60,432 bases of DNA. Source: an uncultured Bdellovibrionales bacterium (GTDB lineage: Bacteria; Patescibacteriota; Minisyncoccia; Moranbacterales; UBA1568). How positions within the stretch are numbered: the stretch's first letter is position 1; each line of letters starts with the position of its first letter. Under the pieces are notes generated by a model. The model saw nothing but the letters and a program-made list of their open reading frames with translations, ran no database searches and was not told the DNA's origin. The DNA is taken from positions 1-60,432 of the forward strand of contig CAYUIR010000003.1 of the NCBI GenBank assembly GCA_964444815.1. Direction: 5' to 3'. Positions 42,107-51,328 of the stretch are shown piece by piece. The position numbers were made by a program, and so were the translations under genes.

Positions 42107-42405
42107 TCGCTTTACAAACAAGGAGACCTGTCAATTGATAGGTCAACCAAGAGGTTCTCATAGGACGGACCTCGTTGGGCTGCTTCACATGTAGACAATT
42201 GGGGATTTCTATCTTTTATCCTCAATCACGGGAACTGTCGCCAAGATCCGGGTAGGGTGGTTTCGGCTGCGCTATACCTCGACGCTTTTCCTTTCCTCTC
42301 GCTCCTATGCTTGAGGATTTGTCTACAGCTGAAGCAGATTCTTGGAGTTACTGAAGCACGAAAAAATCCCAGAGCCTCACGGCCTTGGGATTTTTGTTTG
42401 TTTTT
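42107..42405 (+). ncRNA. candidate ~300-nt non-coding RNA (class unknown)
   Basis: Bounded by the promoter above and a terminator (CCCAGAGCC-TCAC-GGCCTTGGG plus a T-tract, 42368-42405). No credible ORF. Long-range complementarity between 42180-42198 and 42319-42337 (9+8 bp), and ATCCTCAA/TTGAGGAT nested inside. Several local hairpins. Confidence 0.35.
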
Positions 42406-42444
42406 CTGGATCCCGGATTGGGTCCGGGATGAAAATTTTCATTT

Positions 42445-45400
42445 TCAGATTTCGGTGACGCGCTTGATTTCTTCAAGGGTCGTACGACCTTCGAGGACGG
42501 CGAGGATGCCATCATGGAGCATGGTGAGCATACCCTTTTCTACCGCCTTGTTTTCGATTTCATGAGCCTGGGCCCGAGCGACGATGAGGTCCTTGATGTC
42601 TTGGTCAACCGAGAGAGCCTCGGAGAGGATCATCTGACCATTGTACCCAGTACCCTTGCAGGCGGGACAGCCCTTTTCTCGGTGAATGGTGATCTCCGGT
42701 GTCGTGACGCCAGCCGTTGGTGCGATGGTAGCGAGGACCTTTTCGATGGTGGCTTTTTCTTCGGCGGTCGGCTCAGACTTCTCAGCGCACTCCGGGCAGA
42801 GACGGCGGACAAGACGCTGAGCAATAAAGAGGTTACTGGCATCAGCCAGGTCATCACCAGAGACACCCATCTTGAGGAGACGGTGGATGGTACCGGAGGC
42901 AGAGTTGGTGTGGAGAGTGGAGAGGACGAGGTGACCAGTCGAGGCAGCCTGGACGGCAATCTGCGCTGTTTCATCATCGCGGATTTCACCGATCATCATG
43001 ATGTCTGGATTCTGGCGGAGGAGTGAACGGAGCGCAGTGGAGAACGTGTAGCCCTCTTCTTCGTTGACCTGGGTCTGGAGGAGTCCCGGCATCTGGTACT
43101 CGATCGGGTCTTCCACGGTGATGATCTTGATCTCGGGACGATTGATGCGGGCGAGGATACTATAGAGCGTGGTCGTCTTACCAGAACCGGTCGGGCCAGT
43201 GTTCAGTATCATGCCGCTTGGGCGCTCGATAGCGGAGAGGATGCGGGTGAGATTCTGGGGACGGATCGTGAGTGACTCAAGGTCGAGCTTGGTAGCTGAT
43301 TGGCTGAGGAGACGGAGTACGACGGTCTCACCGAAACCACCGAGGATGATAGAGAGACGGATGTCGATCTTGGCATTACCCCCGATTTGTTCTGGCTTTT
43401 CGAATTGAATGGAGAACCGACCGTCAGTGATGCCGGCGCGTTCACCACTCTTGAGACCGGCCAAGAGCTTGATCTGACTGAGGAATCCTGGGTATTCATT
43501 GATTGGGAGGGTCGCCACGGTTTTAAGTATGCCATCGAGACGGAAGCGCACCTCAAATGCCTCACCGGTTGGCTCGATGTGGATATCACCGGCCTTCATA
43601 GCGGCGGCCGCAGCAAAGAGAGCCTGGAGTCGGTCCTCAGCTGCCATATTTTTCACGAATTCACCAAAAGCCGGAAGCGAGGTGGAGTTGGCGAGCGCAT
43701 CATCAAAGGCCTGCCCGGTGACAAAGGCTGCTCGAGAGAGTTCGTTTGGCATGAGGTCGGCATAGATGCTCTGGAGGAGATCGCCTTGGTCGGTGACGCG
43801 GAGCACTTCTTCGATGGTCGTGAGACCATTTAAGGCTTTCAAAATTCCATCTTGGGTCATGGTGATCATCCCGCCTTCGAGGGCGGCCTTGAGTATTTCT
43901 TGTTCGGTCCCGAGGTCGTTAATAATCTTCACGATTTCCGGCGTCATGGTAAAGAGCTCAAAGATGCCCTTGCGTCCCCGGTAACCCGAGAGGTTACAGG
44001 CTGGACAGCCGACGGGCTTCCAGAGGGTATCCATGTTCTTAGGCATGGCAATCTTGGCCTTCGGCGAGAGGATGGTGATGAACTTGGTGATCGAGTCGAT
44101 GGTTTCTTTGGCTGGCTTGTAGGGAACTTTGCATTCTTTGCAGAGGACACGGACCAGACGCTGAGCGATCATGAGATTGATGGACGAGGCGATGAGCGAG
44201 GGACGCACGCCAAGTTCGATGAGGCGTGGGATGGAAGCGGCGGCGCCGTTCGAGTGGAGGGTCGAGAGGACGAGGTGACCGGTGAGCGCGGCGTTTACCG
44301 AGATGTCGGCCGTTTCGTTGTCACGGATTTCACCGACCAGGATAACATCAGGATCTTGACGGACCACAGCGCGGAGAGCTGTGGCAAAGGTGTACGACTT
44401 GTCCTTGGACACTTCGGTCTGCACGATGCCGGGGAGGGAGTATTCGATCGGGTCTTCCACCGTGATGATTTTGGTGCCGGGCTTGTTGATGTGGTGAAGG
44501 AGGGTGTAGAGCGTGGTCGTCTTTCCGGAACCAGTCGGACCGGTGTTCAAAATCATGCCGTCTGGCTTCTCGACCCCGCGCATGACGATGTCGTGAGCGA
44601 GACCCTGAAAGCCGAGGCTGTCGATATCGGTATCGATGTCATCCCCGGAGAGGAGACGCATGTTGATGCTCTCGCCGTACTTGCCGGGAATGCTGTTTAC
44701 GCGGATGTCGATCCGCCCACTGTCGATGTCGATAAAAAAGTGACCATCTTGGGCTTCTTTGCGGACATTCAAGCGCATCTTGCCGATCATCTTGATGCGA
44801 GAGAGCATGAGGTGATAGATCTCGGGCGGGAGGTTGCCGATTTCTTGGAGGACACCGTCGATGCGATAGCGGAGACGGACTACTTTTTCCTCGGGTTCGA
44901 GGTGGATGTCACTCGCCGAGAGCTTGCGGGCACCGGCTAAGACAATTTCCATCGCGCGCGAGGTATTCATCGGGTGCCCTGAGTGGAGACTGATGAGATC
45001 AGCAAAGTCTTTCTCAAATTTCTCAAGGTCAGCATCCTGGAGGGATACCCGGACCAGGTTCAGGCGGTCGATGAGGGTCGTTTTGTGAGCATAGAGACTC
45101 CAGGCGTGTTCGAGCGAGGTCTCGGAAACGAAATAGAGCTCGTAGGGGGCGTTTCGTTCTTCACAGAACTGCTTGATGAACTCGGCTGTGGCTGGCTCCT
45201 TGGGGGTGCTGGAGGCAAAGAGAAAAGTGCGTTCTTTTTTGTGAAAGATAACCAGGTGCTTAGCGCGCGCGACATCCTCTGGCACGAGGAAGGCTGCTTC
45301 TTCGTCAACGGGGAAGACACTCAGGTCGATGTAGGGGAGACCGATACTCCGGGCTTGGCCGGCAGTATCCTCTTCCTTGGACTGGGCCTGCATCTTTTCG

Positions 45401-45471
45401 AGTATTTCGGCTGTCTGTGCGTCTTTGACTTTAGACGTACGGATGGGATCTTGGTGAACGACTTGTACCAT
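42445..45471 (-). CDS. pilB: tandem-duplicated type IV pilus/T2SS assembly ATPase (two complete GspE/PilB ATPase units in one 1008-aa protein)
   Basis: A GSPII_E N-terminal domain, followed by two ATPase units. Unit 1 has Walker A GPTGSGKTTTLYTLL, GEIRDNETADISV, GHLVLSTLHSN and CKEC...CPAC. Unit 2 has GPTGSGKTTTLYSIL, GEIRDDETAQIAV, GHLVLSTLHTN and CPEC...CPAC. Confidence 0.85.
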   Translation of the reverse strand: MVQVVHQDPIRTSKVKDAQTAEILEKMQAQSKEEDTAGQARSIGLPYIDLSVFPVDEEAAFLVPEDVARAKHLVIFHKKERTFLFASSTPKEPATAEFIKQFCEERNAPYELYFVSETSLEHAWSLYAHKTTLIDRLNLVRVSLQDADLEKFEKDFADLISLHSGHPMNTSRAMEIVLAGARKLSASDIHLEPEEKVVRLRYRIDGVLQEIGNLPPEIYHLMLSRIKMIGKMRLNVRKEAQDGHFFIDIDSGRIDIRVNSIPGKYGESINMRLLSGDDIDTDIDSLGFQGLAHDIVMRGVEKPDGMILNTGPTGSGKTTTLYTLLHHINKPGTKIITVEDPIEYSLPGIVQTEVSKDKSYTFATALRAVVRQDPDVILVGEIRDNETADISVNAALTGHLVLSTLHSNGAAASIPRLIELGVRPSLIASSINLMIAQRLVRVLCKECKVPYKPAKETIDSITKFITILSPKAKIAMPKNMDTLWKPVGCPACNLSGYRGRKGIFELFTMTPEIVKIINDLGTEQEILKAALEGGMITMTQDGILKALNGLTTIEEVLRVTDQGDLLQSIYADLMPNELSRAAFVTGQAFDDALANSTSLPAFGEFVKNMAAEDRLQALFAAAAAMKAGDIHIEPTGEAFEVRFRLDGILKTVATLPINEYPGFLSQIKLLAGLKSGERAGITDGRFSIQFEKPEQIGGNAKIDIRLSIILGGFGETVVLRLLSQSATKLDLESLTIRPQNLTRILSAIERPSGMILNTGPTGSGKTTTLYSILARINRPEIKIITVEDPIEYQMPGLLQTQVNEEEGYTFSTALRSLLRQNPDIMMIGEIRDDETAQIAVQAASTGHLVLSTLHTNSASGTIHRLLKMGVSGDDLADASNLFIAQRLVRRLCPECAEKSEPTAEEKATIEKVLATIAPTAGVTTPEITIHREKGCPACKGTGYNGQMILSEALSVDQDIKDLIVARAQAHEIENKAVEKGMLTMLHDGILAVLEGRTTLEEIKRVTEI

Positions 45472-45588
45472 AGTTGTGTTTTACGTTTGGAAGCAATCTG
45501 TTGCCCCTATTGTACCGCATTTCTCGACCCACAAGCAAAAGACCACACCATGAAAGTGTGGTCAGAATATCAGATGGAAGATGAGAGA

Positions 45589-46734
45589 CTAGCGAGTGGT
45601 GAGGAGTTGTTCGAATTTTTCAAGCGCAATGCGTTCCGCTTCGTCAAGCGTCGTCACCGACAGAGCAAACTCGAGGGTATCACCATGGAGGGTTCCTTCT
45701 TTGAAACGCTCAGCGAGGAGGGTGAGGCTCTCACTCGAGGCGGCCTTGATGAGACCACGGACTTGAGAGGTACTCTCGGGATAGAGGATGAGGAAGTAGT
45801 TGCCAGAAGAGTAGTTGCCACGGATCTTTTCAAGCACGCTTGGGAGATCAAAGGCTGAGGCACGCGCCTGGACCAGGTCCTCTACGCTCACTTGGGCCCA
45901 GATGAGCTTCAGTTGTTCGTTCCACTTCACATTGGCCATGACTCGGCCCCAGAGCTTCAGGAGATGGAGTGGCTGAGTCTTGTAGAGGGAGCGGATGATC
46001 TTCTGCTGGTCGGCACCCCGGTCCATGAGACGTGAGGCGATCTGGAGACACTTGGGCGTGGTGTTTTTCTTCTGAAAGCTCTCAGTGGCACTCACGATAC
46101 CAGCAAGCAGGCTCTCGGTCACGGTCGGGATGAGGTCCCCGAGAGTACCGCGTTCGAGCATCTCCGCGACCATCTCGGCGCTCGAGGAAGCGGTCATGTC
46201 GACGAGGTTGACCTGACCAAAGAGTTCGTTGTCAGAATGGTTGTCGATGTTGACGATGGGGACCTCATAGAAGATGTCGGGATTTTCTTCGTACACTTTG
46301 CCGAGGTGTTCCTTGTCAGGAGAGCCGATGACGATAGCCAAGTCAAACTTGAATTTGGCGGGGATAAAAGAAAAGTCACGCGGGTCGATAGCCCCGTTTT
46401 CTGGCGTGAGGAAAATACGGAGCTCGTCGGGAGCCGTCTCGGTCCGCACGTTCATAATCTTGTTCCGGGTGGTGCTAAAGGTGAGGACAAAGTCGCGGGC
46501 CCCGGTGATCGAGGGGAGGACGTTGTCGGGTTCACCGATAAACGAGAGAAATTCTTTGTCCTTTATGACATTATCTCCAGAGAGGGAGACGTCTTTGCCG
46601 ATGGATTTCAAGAAAAAAGCGAGGGCACAAGCAGTGGCGACAGCGTCACGGCTCGGGTAGCTCGGGAGGATTATGAGCGGAGTAACGGTCTTTTTGAGGA
46701 GCTCTTCGAATTGCTGGGAGGGGGTGAGGGACAT
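45589..46734 (-). CDS. DHH/DHHA1-family phosphoesterase-like protein (NrnA-like) with degenerate catalytic motifs
   Basis: NrnA-like layout. Motif III reads IDNHSDN instead of DHH. Motif I reads PSRD instead of DxD. Start ATG 46734 (MSLTPSQQF...). Confidence 0.6.
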   Translation of the reverse strand: MSLTPSQQFEELLKKTVTPLIILPSYPSRDAVATACALAFFLKSIGKDVSLSGDNVIKDKEFLSFIGEPDNVLPSITGARDFVLTFSTTRNKIMNVRTETAPDELRIFLTPENGAIDPRDFSFIPAKFKFDLAIVIGSPDKEHLGKVYEENPDIFYEVPIVNIDNHSDNELFGQVNLVDMTASSSAEMVAEMLERGTLGDLIPTVTESLLAGIVSATESFQKKNTTPKCLQIASRLMDRGADQQKIIRSLYKTQPLHLLKLWGRVMANVKWNEQLKLIWAQVSVEDLVQARASAFDLPSVLEKIRGNYSSGNYFLILYPESTSQVRGLIKAASSESLTLLAERFKEGTLHGDTLEFALSVTTLDEAERIALEKFEQLLTTR

Positions 46735-46855
46735 AGCGGGAAAAAGGCAAAATGAGGATAAGTGATGAGGAGTCAAAATAGCAGGGAAAATGAAGAGTGT
46801 CAACTTTCCCCGCTTTCTGGTAAAAAGGTACGATTTGGCATAGGATAAAAGCACT

Positions 46856-47320
46856 ATGAATCATACCTCTACCACTCATTCAGCTGAAGAAACGCGCGCC
46901 TGGGGCAAGACGCTCGCAGGCACCATCCTCCCTGGGACACTCCTCTGTCTCACGGGAGATTTGGGCGCGGGCAAAACCACCCTGGTCCAGGGACTCCTTG
47001 AGGGCCTCGGCGCCGAGCGACCCTATGTCAGTCCGACGTTTGTCATCATGAAACAGTATGATCTGCCTACACGGCAGACTGGCTTACCCGCAACGAGTGT
47101 AACTGGCGTGAAGCGTATCTATCATGCTGATGCCTACCGTGTGGGGTCCAAGGACTTTACGGAGATTGGCTTCACCGAATGGTGTGCCGACCGTGATGGT
47201 CTCGTCATCCTCGAGTGGCCCGAGCGCATCGCGGACATCCTCCCCACCAAAAGAATTGATATTACGCTCACCTCGCTTTCTGAAACCAAGCGTGAAATAA
47301 CTTTCAAGAAGCATATCTAA
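46856..47320 (+). CDS. tsaE: tRNA t6A37 biosynthesis ATPase TsaE
   Basis: The sequence LTGDLGAGKTTLVQGLLEGLG...SPTFVIMKQY...HADAYR is canonical TsaE/YjeE. Confidence 0.88.
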   Translation: MNHTSTTHSAEETRAWGKTLAGTILPGTLLCLTGDLGAGKTTLVQGLLEGLGAERPYVSPTFVIMKQYDLPTRQTGLPATSVTGVKRIYHADAYRVGSKDFTEIGFTEWCADRDGLVILEWPERIADILPTKRIDITLTSLSETKREITFKKHI

Positions 47321-47326
47321 AAAATA

Positions 47327-49948
47327 ATGGAAAAACATCCGAAAATTTTAGTTTTACTTGATGGCAATGCGCTCATCCATCGTGCCTATCATGCTCTGCC
47401 ACCACTCACTACCAAGAATGGCGAGACGGTGCAGGCGGTGTATGGGTTTGCTATGACGCTCCTCTCGGTGCTCGAGAAGTTCCATCCGGAATATATCGCA
47501 GCCACCTTTGACCTCGAGGGCCCGACCTTTCGAGATGACATGTACGCCGAGTACAAGGCGACTCGCGCCTCGGCCCCGGATGATCTCTACGCGCAAATTC
47601 CTAGGGTCAAGGATTTGGTCCGAGCGTTCAATATCCCGATCTATGAACAGGCGGGCTTCGAAGCCGATGACGTGATCGGGACTCTGGCCAAGCAGTCAGA
47701 GACGGAGGATATCCAGGTCATCATCGTGACAGGGGACAGCGATGAGCTCCAGCTCGTGACGCCCCAGGTGCGGGTGTTTATGCTCCGGAAGGGCATCAAA
47801 GACATCGCCCTCTATGACGAGGCGGCAGTGCTCGCCAAATATGGCTTCGGCCCGGCCCTTATCCCAGACTACAAGGGTCTCGCCGGGGATACCTCGGATA
47901 ACATCCCGGGTGTGACGGGAGTGGGTGCCAAGACCGCGACTACCCTCATCCAGCAATTTGGTACGCTCGAATCAATCTATGAGCACCTCTCGGAAGTCAA
48001 AGAGTCCGTGCGGAAGAAACTCGAAGCTGACCAAAAGAACGCCTTTCTCTCCAAAGAACTCGGCACCATCCATCGTGAGGCCCCGGTCAAGCTCGACCTG
48101 CCCGCGTGTGTAGCGCGTGACTATGACCGGAGTGTGGTGACGGGGCTGTTTCAGGAGCTCGGGTTTTTCAGTCTGATCAAGCGGCTGGGTGGCGAGGGAG
48201 CAAAGAGTAATGAAGAGGGGAAGAGCAACCCTTCGACTGCGCTCAGGGCAAAGAAAGAGAAGGAGCTGAAGACTGAAAAAGATATCAAAGACTTTTTTAA
48301 GAAAGCCCAAGGGAAGCAGGTCGCCGTGTGGGCCAAAAAGGAAACAGAATCACTCTTTGGGGCAGGACTCCAGTCGCTCCACCTCGCGCTCTCGTCCGAA
48401 GAAAGCTATGCCCTCGCCTGGACGGAGCACAAAGAGCTCCTCAAAGAATTTCTTGAAAACGAGGCACAAGCAAAGATAGCCTATGACGCCAAGGCACTCA
48501 TGCATCTCTTGTGGCAAGACGGGATCATGCTCCGCGGGGTCGTCTCCGATATCATGCTCTCGGCCTATCTCCTCGACTCGGGGAGTGACGTCTCGCTTGA
48601 CTATCTGGTGCTGGTGGAGCTTGGCGATGAGCCTCCCTATCTCCCAGCTCCATATATCCTCCGGCTCCATGAACGATATGAGGAAAAGCTCAGTGAAGTG
48701 AGTAAAACCCAAATTGCAGGGAAGACACTTCGCACTGTTCTTGAAACGATTGAGCTCCCACTCCTTCCGGTCCTCTTTGCTATGGAGGAGCGCGGAGTAA
48801 TCTTGAATACCCAAAAATTCAAGAAACTCTCCGATGAGCTCGGGAGTGAGCTCAAAACTTTGGAGCAGGATATCTATGCACTCTCCGGACGTGAGTTCAA
48901 TATCAATTCGCCGAAGCAACTCTCGGAAATTTTGTTTGTCGACCTTCAGATACCTTCGCAATATATCAAGAAGACGAAGACAGGGATCTCGACGGCTTCG
49001 TCGGAACTACAGAAACTACAAGAGTACCCCATTGTCCAAAAGATCGAGCACTACCGGGAACTTTTCAAATTGAAAACAACCTACCTCGATGCACTCCCCA
49101 CGCTCGTCGATAGCACATCACGTCTCCATACGACCTACTATCAGGCAGTGGCGGCGACCGGACGTCTCTCCTCCTCAGATCCGAATTTGCAGAACATCCC
49201 AGCGCGCGGAGAGTGGAGTACACGAGTGCGTGGGGCATTCGAACCAGCCCCTGGGTACGTATTGGTGGGAGCGGACTATTCTCAGATAGAACTGCGAGTC
49301 ATGGCTCATCTGAGCCAAGATAAGGAGCTCGTCTCAGCATTTCAAAACGGTGAGGACGTACACAAGACGACCGCTTCGGTGGTGTTTAAGGTGAAGCCTG
49401 AGGAAGTGACACCTGATATGCGCCGACAGGCCAAGGTGTTTAACTTCGGTATTCTCTACGGTATGGGCGCCTATGGATTGGCCCAGGCAGCCGAGATTGA
49501 CCAGAAGACCGCGGCTGAATTTATCGTTGAGTACTTCAAAAAGTTTGCCGGCGTGAAGCGGTTCATCGAAGAGATGAAAGAGGGCGCCCGGAAGAATCAT
49601 TTTGTCGAAACAGAACTCGGTCGGCGTCGCTATACGCCGGAGATAGAGAGCCCCAATGTCCAGGTGGCACGTGGGGCCGAACGGATGGCCATCAATATGC
49701 CGGTCCAGGGCCTCGCCGCCGATATCATGAAGCTCGCCATGCTCGCGGTATCGCGACTGATTGCCGAGCGCTTTGCCGATGATGCGGTAATGATCCTCCA
49801 GGTCCACGATGAGCTCATCTGTGAAGTGAAAGCAGAACGGGCCGAGGAATTTGGAGTCGCGGTGAAGGAAGTTATGGCCGGTGTCTATCCGCTCCGTGTC
49901 CCGCTCTTGGCTGAGACGGAGATTGGGAAGAACTGGGGAGAAATCTAG
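47327..49948 (+). CDS. polA: DNA polymerase I
   Basis: 5' nuclease domain (LLDGNALIHRAYHA, GDSDELQL). Pol motifs A (DYSQIELRV), B (RRQAKVFNFGILYG) and C (QVHDEL). Confidence 0.95.
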   Translation: MEKHPKILVLLDGNALIHRAYHALPPLTTKNGETVQAVYGFAMTLLSVLEKFHPEYIAATFDLEGPTFRDDMYAEYKATRASAPDDLYAQIPRVKDLVRAFNIPIYEQAGFEADDVIGTLAKQSETEDIQVIIVTGDSDELQLVTPQVRVFMLRKGIKDIALYDEAAVLAKYGFGPALIPDYKGLAGDTSDNIPGVTGVGAKTATTLIQQFGTLESIYEHLSEVKESVRKKLEADQKNAFLSKELGTIHREAPVKLDLPACVARDYDRSVVTGLFQELGFFSLIKRLGGEGAKSNEEGKSNPSTALRAKKEKELKTEKDIKDFFKKAQGKQVAVWAKKETESLFGAGLQSLHLALSSEESYALAWTEHKELLKEFLENEAQAKIAYDAKALMHLLWQDGIMLRGVVSDIMLSAYLLDSGSDVSLDYLVLVELGDEPPYLPAPYILRLHERYEEKLSEVSKTQIAGKTLRTVLETIELPLLPVLFAMEERGVILNTQKFKKLSDELGSELKTLEQDIYALSGREFNINSPKQLSEILFVDLQIPSQYIKKTKTGISTASSELQKLQEYPIVQKIEHYRELFKLKTTYLDALPTLVDSTSRLHTTYYQAVAATGRLSSSDPNLQNIPARGEWSTRVRGAFEPAPGYVLVGADYSQIELRVMAHLSQDKELVSAFQNGEDVHKTTASVVFKVKPEEVTPDMRRQAKVFNFGILYGMGAYGLAQAAEIDQKTAAEFIVEYFKKFAGVKRFIEEMKEGARKNHFVETELGRRRYTPEIESPNVQVARGAERMAINMPVQGLAADIMKLAMLAVSRLIAERFADDAVMILQVHDELICEVKAERAEEFGVAVKEVMAGVYPLRVPLLAETEIGKNWGEI

Positions 49949-49990
49949 GGAAAGCCAATAGCTTTTAGGAAGATAGCTTATAGAAAAAAG

Positions 49991-50022
49991 AAAAGAAAAA
50001 ACCGGTCGCGTGACCGGTTTTT
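49991..50022. terminator. bidirectional terminator between polA and the 96-aa orphan gene
   Basis: A-tract, ACCGGTC-GCGT-GACCGGT, T-tract. Confidence 0.7.
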
Positions 50023-50030
50023 GTATAGCT

Positions 50031-50321
50031 TTAGTTTTGATGACGCTGGATAACTTCATCAATTCTCGCTCGCAGTCTTGCTAGAGCTTCAAGTGTTACT
50101 GTGTCTGGATTGGCTGTATTCTCCAATCTTGTGACAGCATCTGTGAGTTCATCGAGGTCAGCGCTATTGATGGCAGCATCGCGAACCATTTCCCGACTTG
50201 CTTCGTGTCCAGATACTGATTTGTCTCTGTCCCACGCCCCTCGGTAGCCTGCTTCGCCAGCTGTCGTGACCCTTAAGTTATCTTGCTCCTTAAGATCAAG
50301 CCCCATATTTTCGATTCCCAT
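50031..50321 (-). CDS. hypothetical protein (96 aa), acidic, predicted helical C-terminus
   Basis: Isolated ORF bracketed by hairpin terminators on both sides (49991-50022 and about 50350-50378). I recognise no family. Confidence 0.4.
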   Translation of the reverse strand: MGIENMGLDLKEQDNLRVTTAGEAGYRGAWDRDKSVSGHEASREMVRDAAINSADLDELTDAVTRLENTANPDTVTLEALARLRARIDEVIQRHQN

Positions 50322-50459
50322 ACTTTTCTTTTACAAATTACCTTTTAAAAAAGAAAAAACCGGGTCCACCCGGTTCTTTACTCTCATAGTATAGCAGAAA
50401 AAAGTCCGAAAGTCAAACCGTTTTCGTTGTGCTATGCTAATAAAACGAAAAAGAAAAGT

Positions 50460-51308
50460 ATGCCTGAACTTCCAGAGGTCCAAACTGTCGTCACGCAAAT
50501 CGGGAAAAAGATTACCGGGAAAACCATGGCCGGTTTTTGGACTGATTGGGACAAGAAAGTGCTTGAGCCGGTGTCCAAAGTGAAGAAGCTCGTAAAGGGA
50601 ACGACGGTCCTGGGGACCCGGCGCTTTGGGAAGACAATTGTGATTGATCTCGATAACGCCTACTCTATCGTCATCCATCTCAAGATGACCGGGCATCTCC
50701 TCTACAAGGATGAGGCGAACCAGGGAGCCAAAGAATGGCAGGATCCGACCAATCAATACATCCATCACCGCTTCGATTTTGAGGATGGGTCACACGTCGA
50801 TTTCTCGGATATGCGCAAGTTCGGCTGGGTCGATATTTGCGAGACGGCGGAAATTTTGAATCACCGGCATATCGAGAAGCTGGGTGTCGATGCCTTGTCT
50901 CGAGATTTCGGGCCCGAGATCCTCGGAGAGTATTGTGCGCGCACTCCCAAGAAGTCGATCGGCATGCTTCTCCTCGAGCAGGAGAAGATCGCCGGTATCG
51001 GCAATATCTACCGGAGTGAAGCACTCTACCGTGCCGGGATACTACCACACCGTCATGCTGGGACGCTGACGCCCCGAGAGATTCGGGTACTCCATGAAAA
51101 GATCCAGGAGGTCTTGCGAGAAGCGGTGCGACTCCGAGGGACGACGGACGGTGATTTCCGAGACACTGCAGGGAAACGGGGGAGTTTTCAGAAGCGCCTC
51201 TATGTCTATGGTCGGACCGGTCTGCCCTGCAAGAAATGTGGTACAATTATAGAACGAAAAAAAATTGGTAGTCGGAGCGTCTTTTTCTGCTCGCGCTGCC
51301 AACACTAA
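50460..51308 (+). CDS. mutM: formamidopyrimidine-DNA glycosylase (Fpg/MutM)
   Basis: MPELPEV N-terminus, H2TH (GIGNIYRSEALYRAGI), and the C-terminal zinc finger CKKCGT...CSRCQ. Confidence 0.92.
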   Translation: MPELPEVQTVVTQIGKKITGKTMAGFWTDWDKKVLEPVSKVKKLVKGTTVLGTRRFGKTIVIDLDNAYSIVIHLKMTGHLLYKDEANQGAKEWQDPTNQYIHHRFDFEDGSHVDFSDMRKFGWVDICETAEILNHRHIEKLGVDALSRDFGPEILGEYCARTPKKSIGMLLLEQEKIAGIGNIYRSEALYRAGILPHRHAGTLTPREIRVLHEKIQEVLREAVRLRGTTDGDFRDTAGKRGSFQKRLYVYGRTGLPCKKCGTIIERKKIGSRSVFFCSRCQH

Positions 51309-51328
51309 TTTATCTTTAGCGCGTTCCT

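Noticed and set aside
42107-42405. Assigning the orphan non-coding locus to tmRNA, RNase P RNA, SRP RNA or 6S RNA
   Set aside because: On either strand I found no tRNA-like 3' end or tag ORF, no GAGGAAAGUCC/P4 partner, and no GGAA-capped helix-8 motif. 6S RNA cannot be excluded by eye, so the class is left unknown.
42514-45858. Long plus-strand ORFs (42514-43026, 43300-43833, 43852-44940 at 362 aa, 44983-45858) antisense to pilB
   Set aside because: These are shadow frames of a strongly supported minus-strand gene. They have Asp/Gly/Val/Glu/Arg-biased composition and no recognisable motifs.
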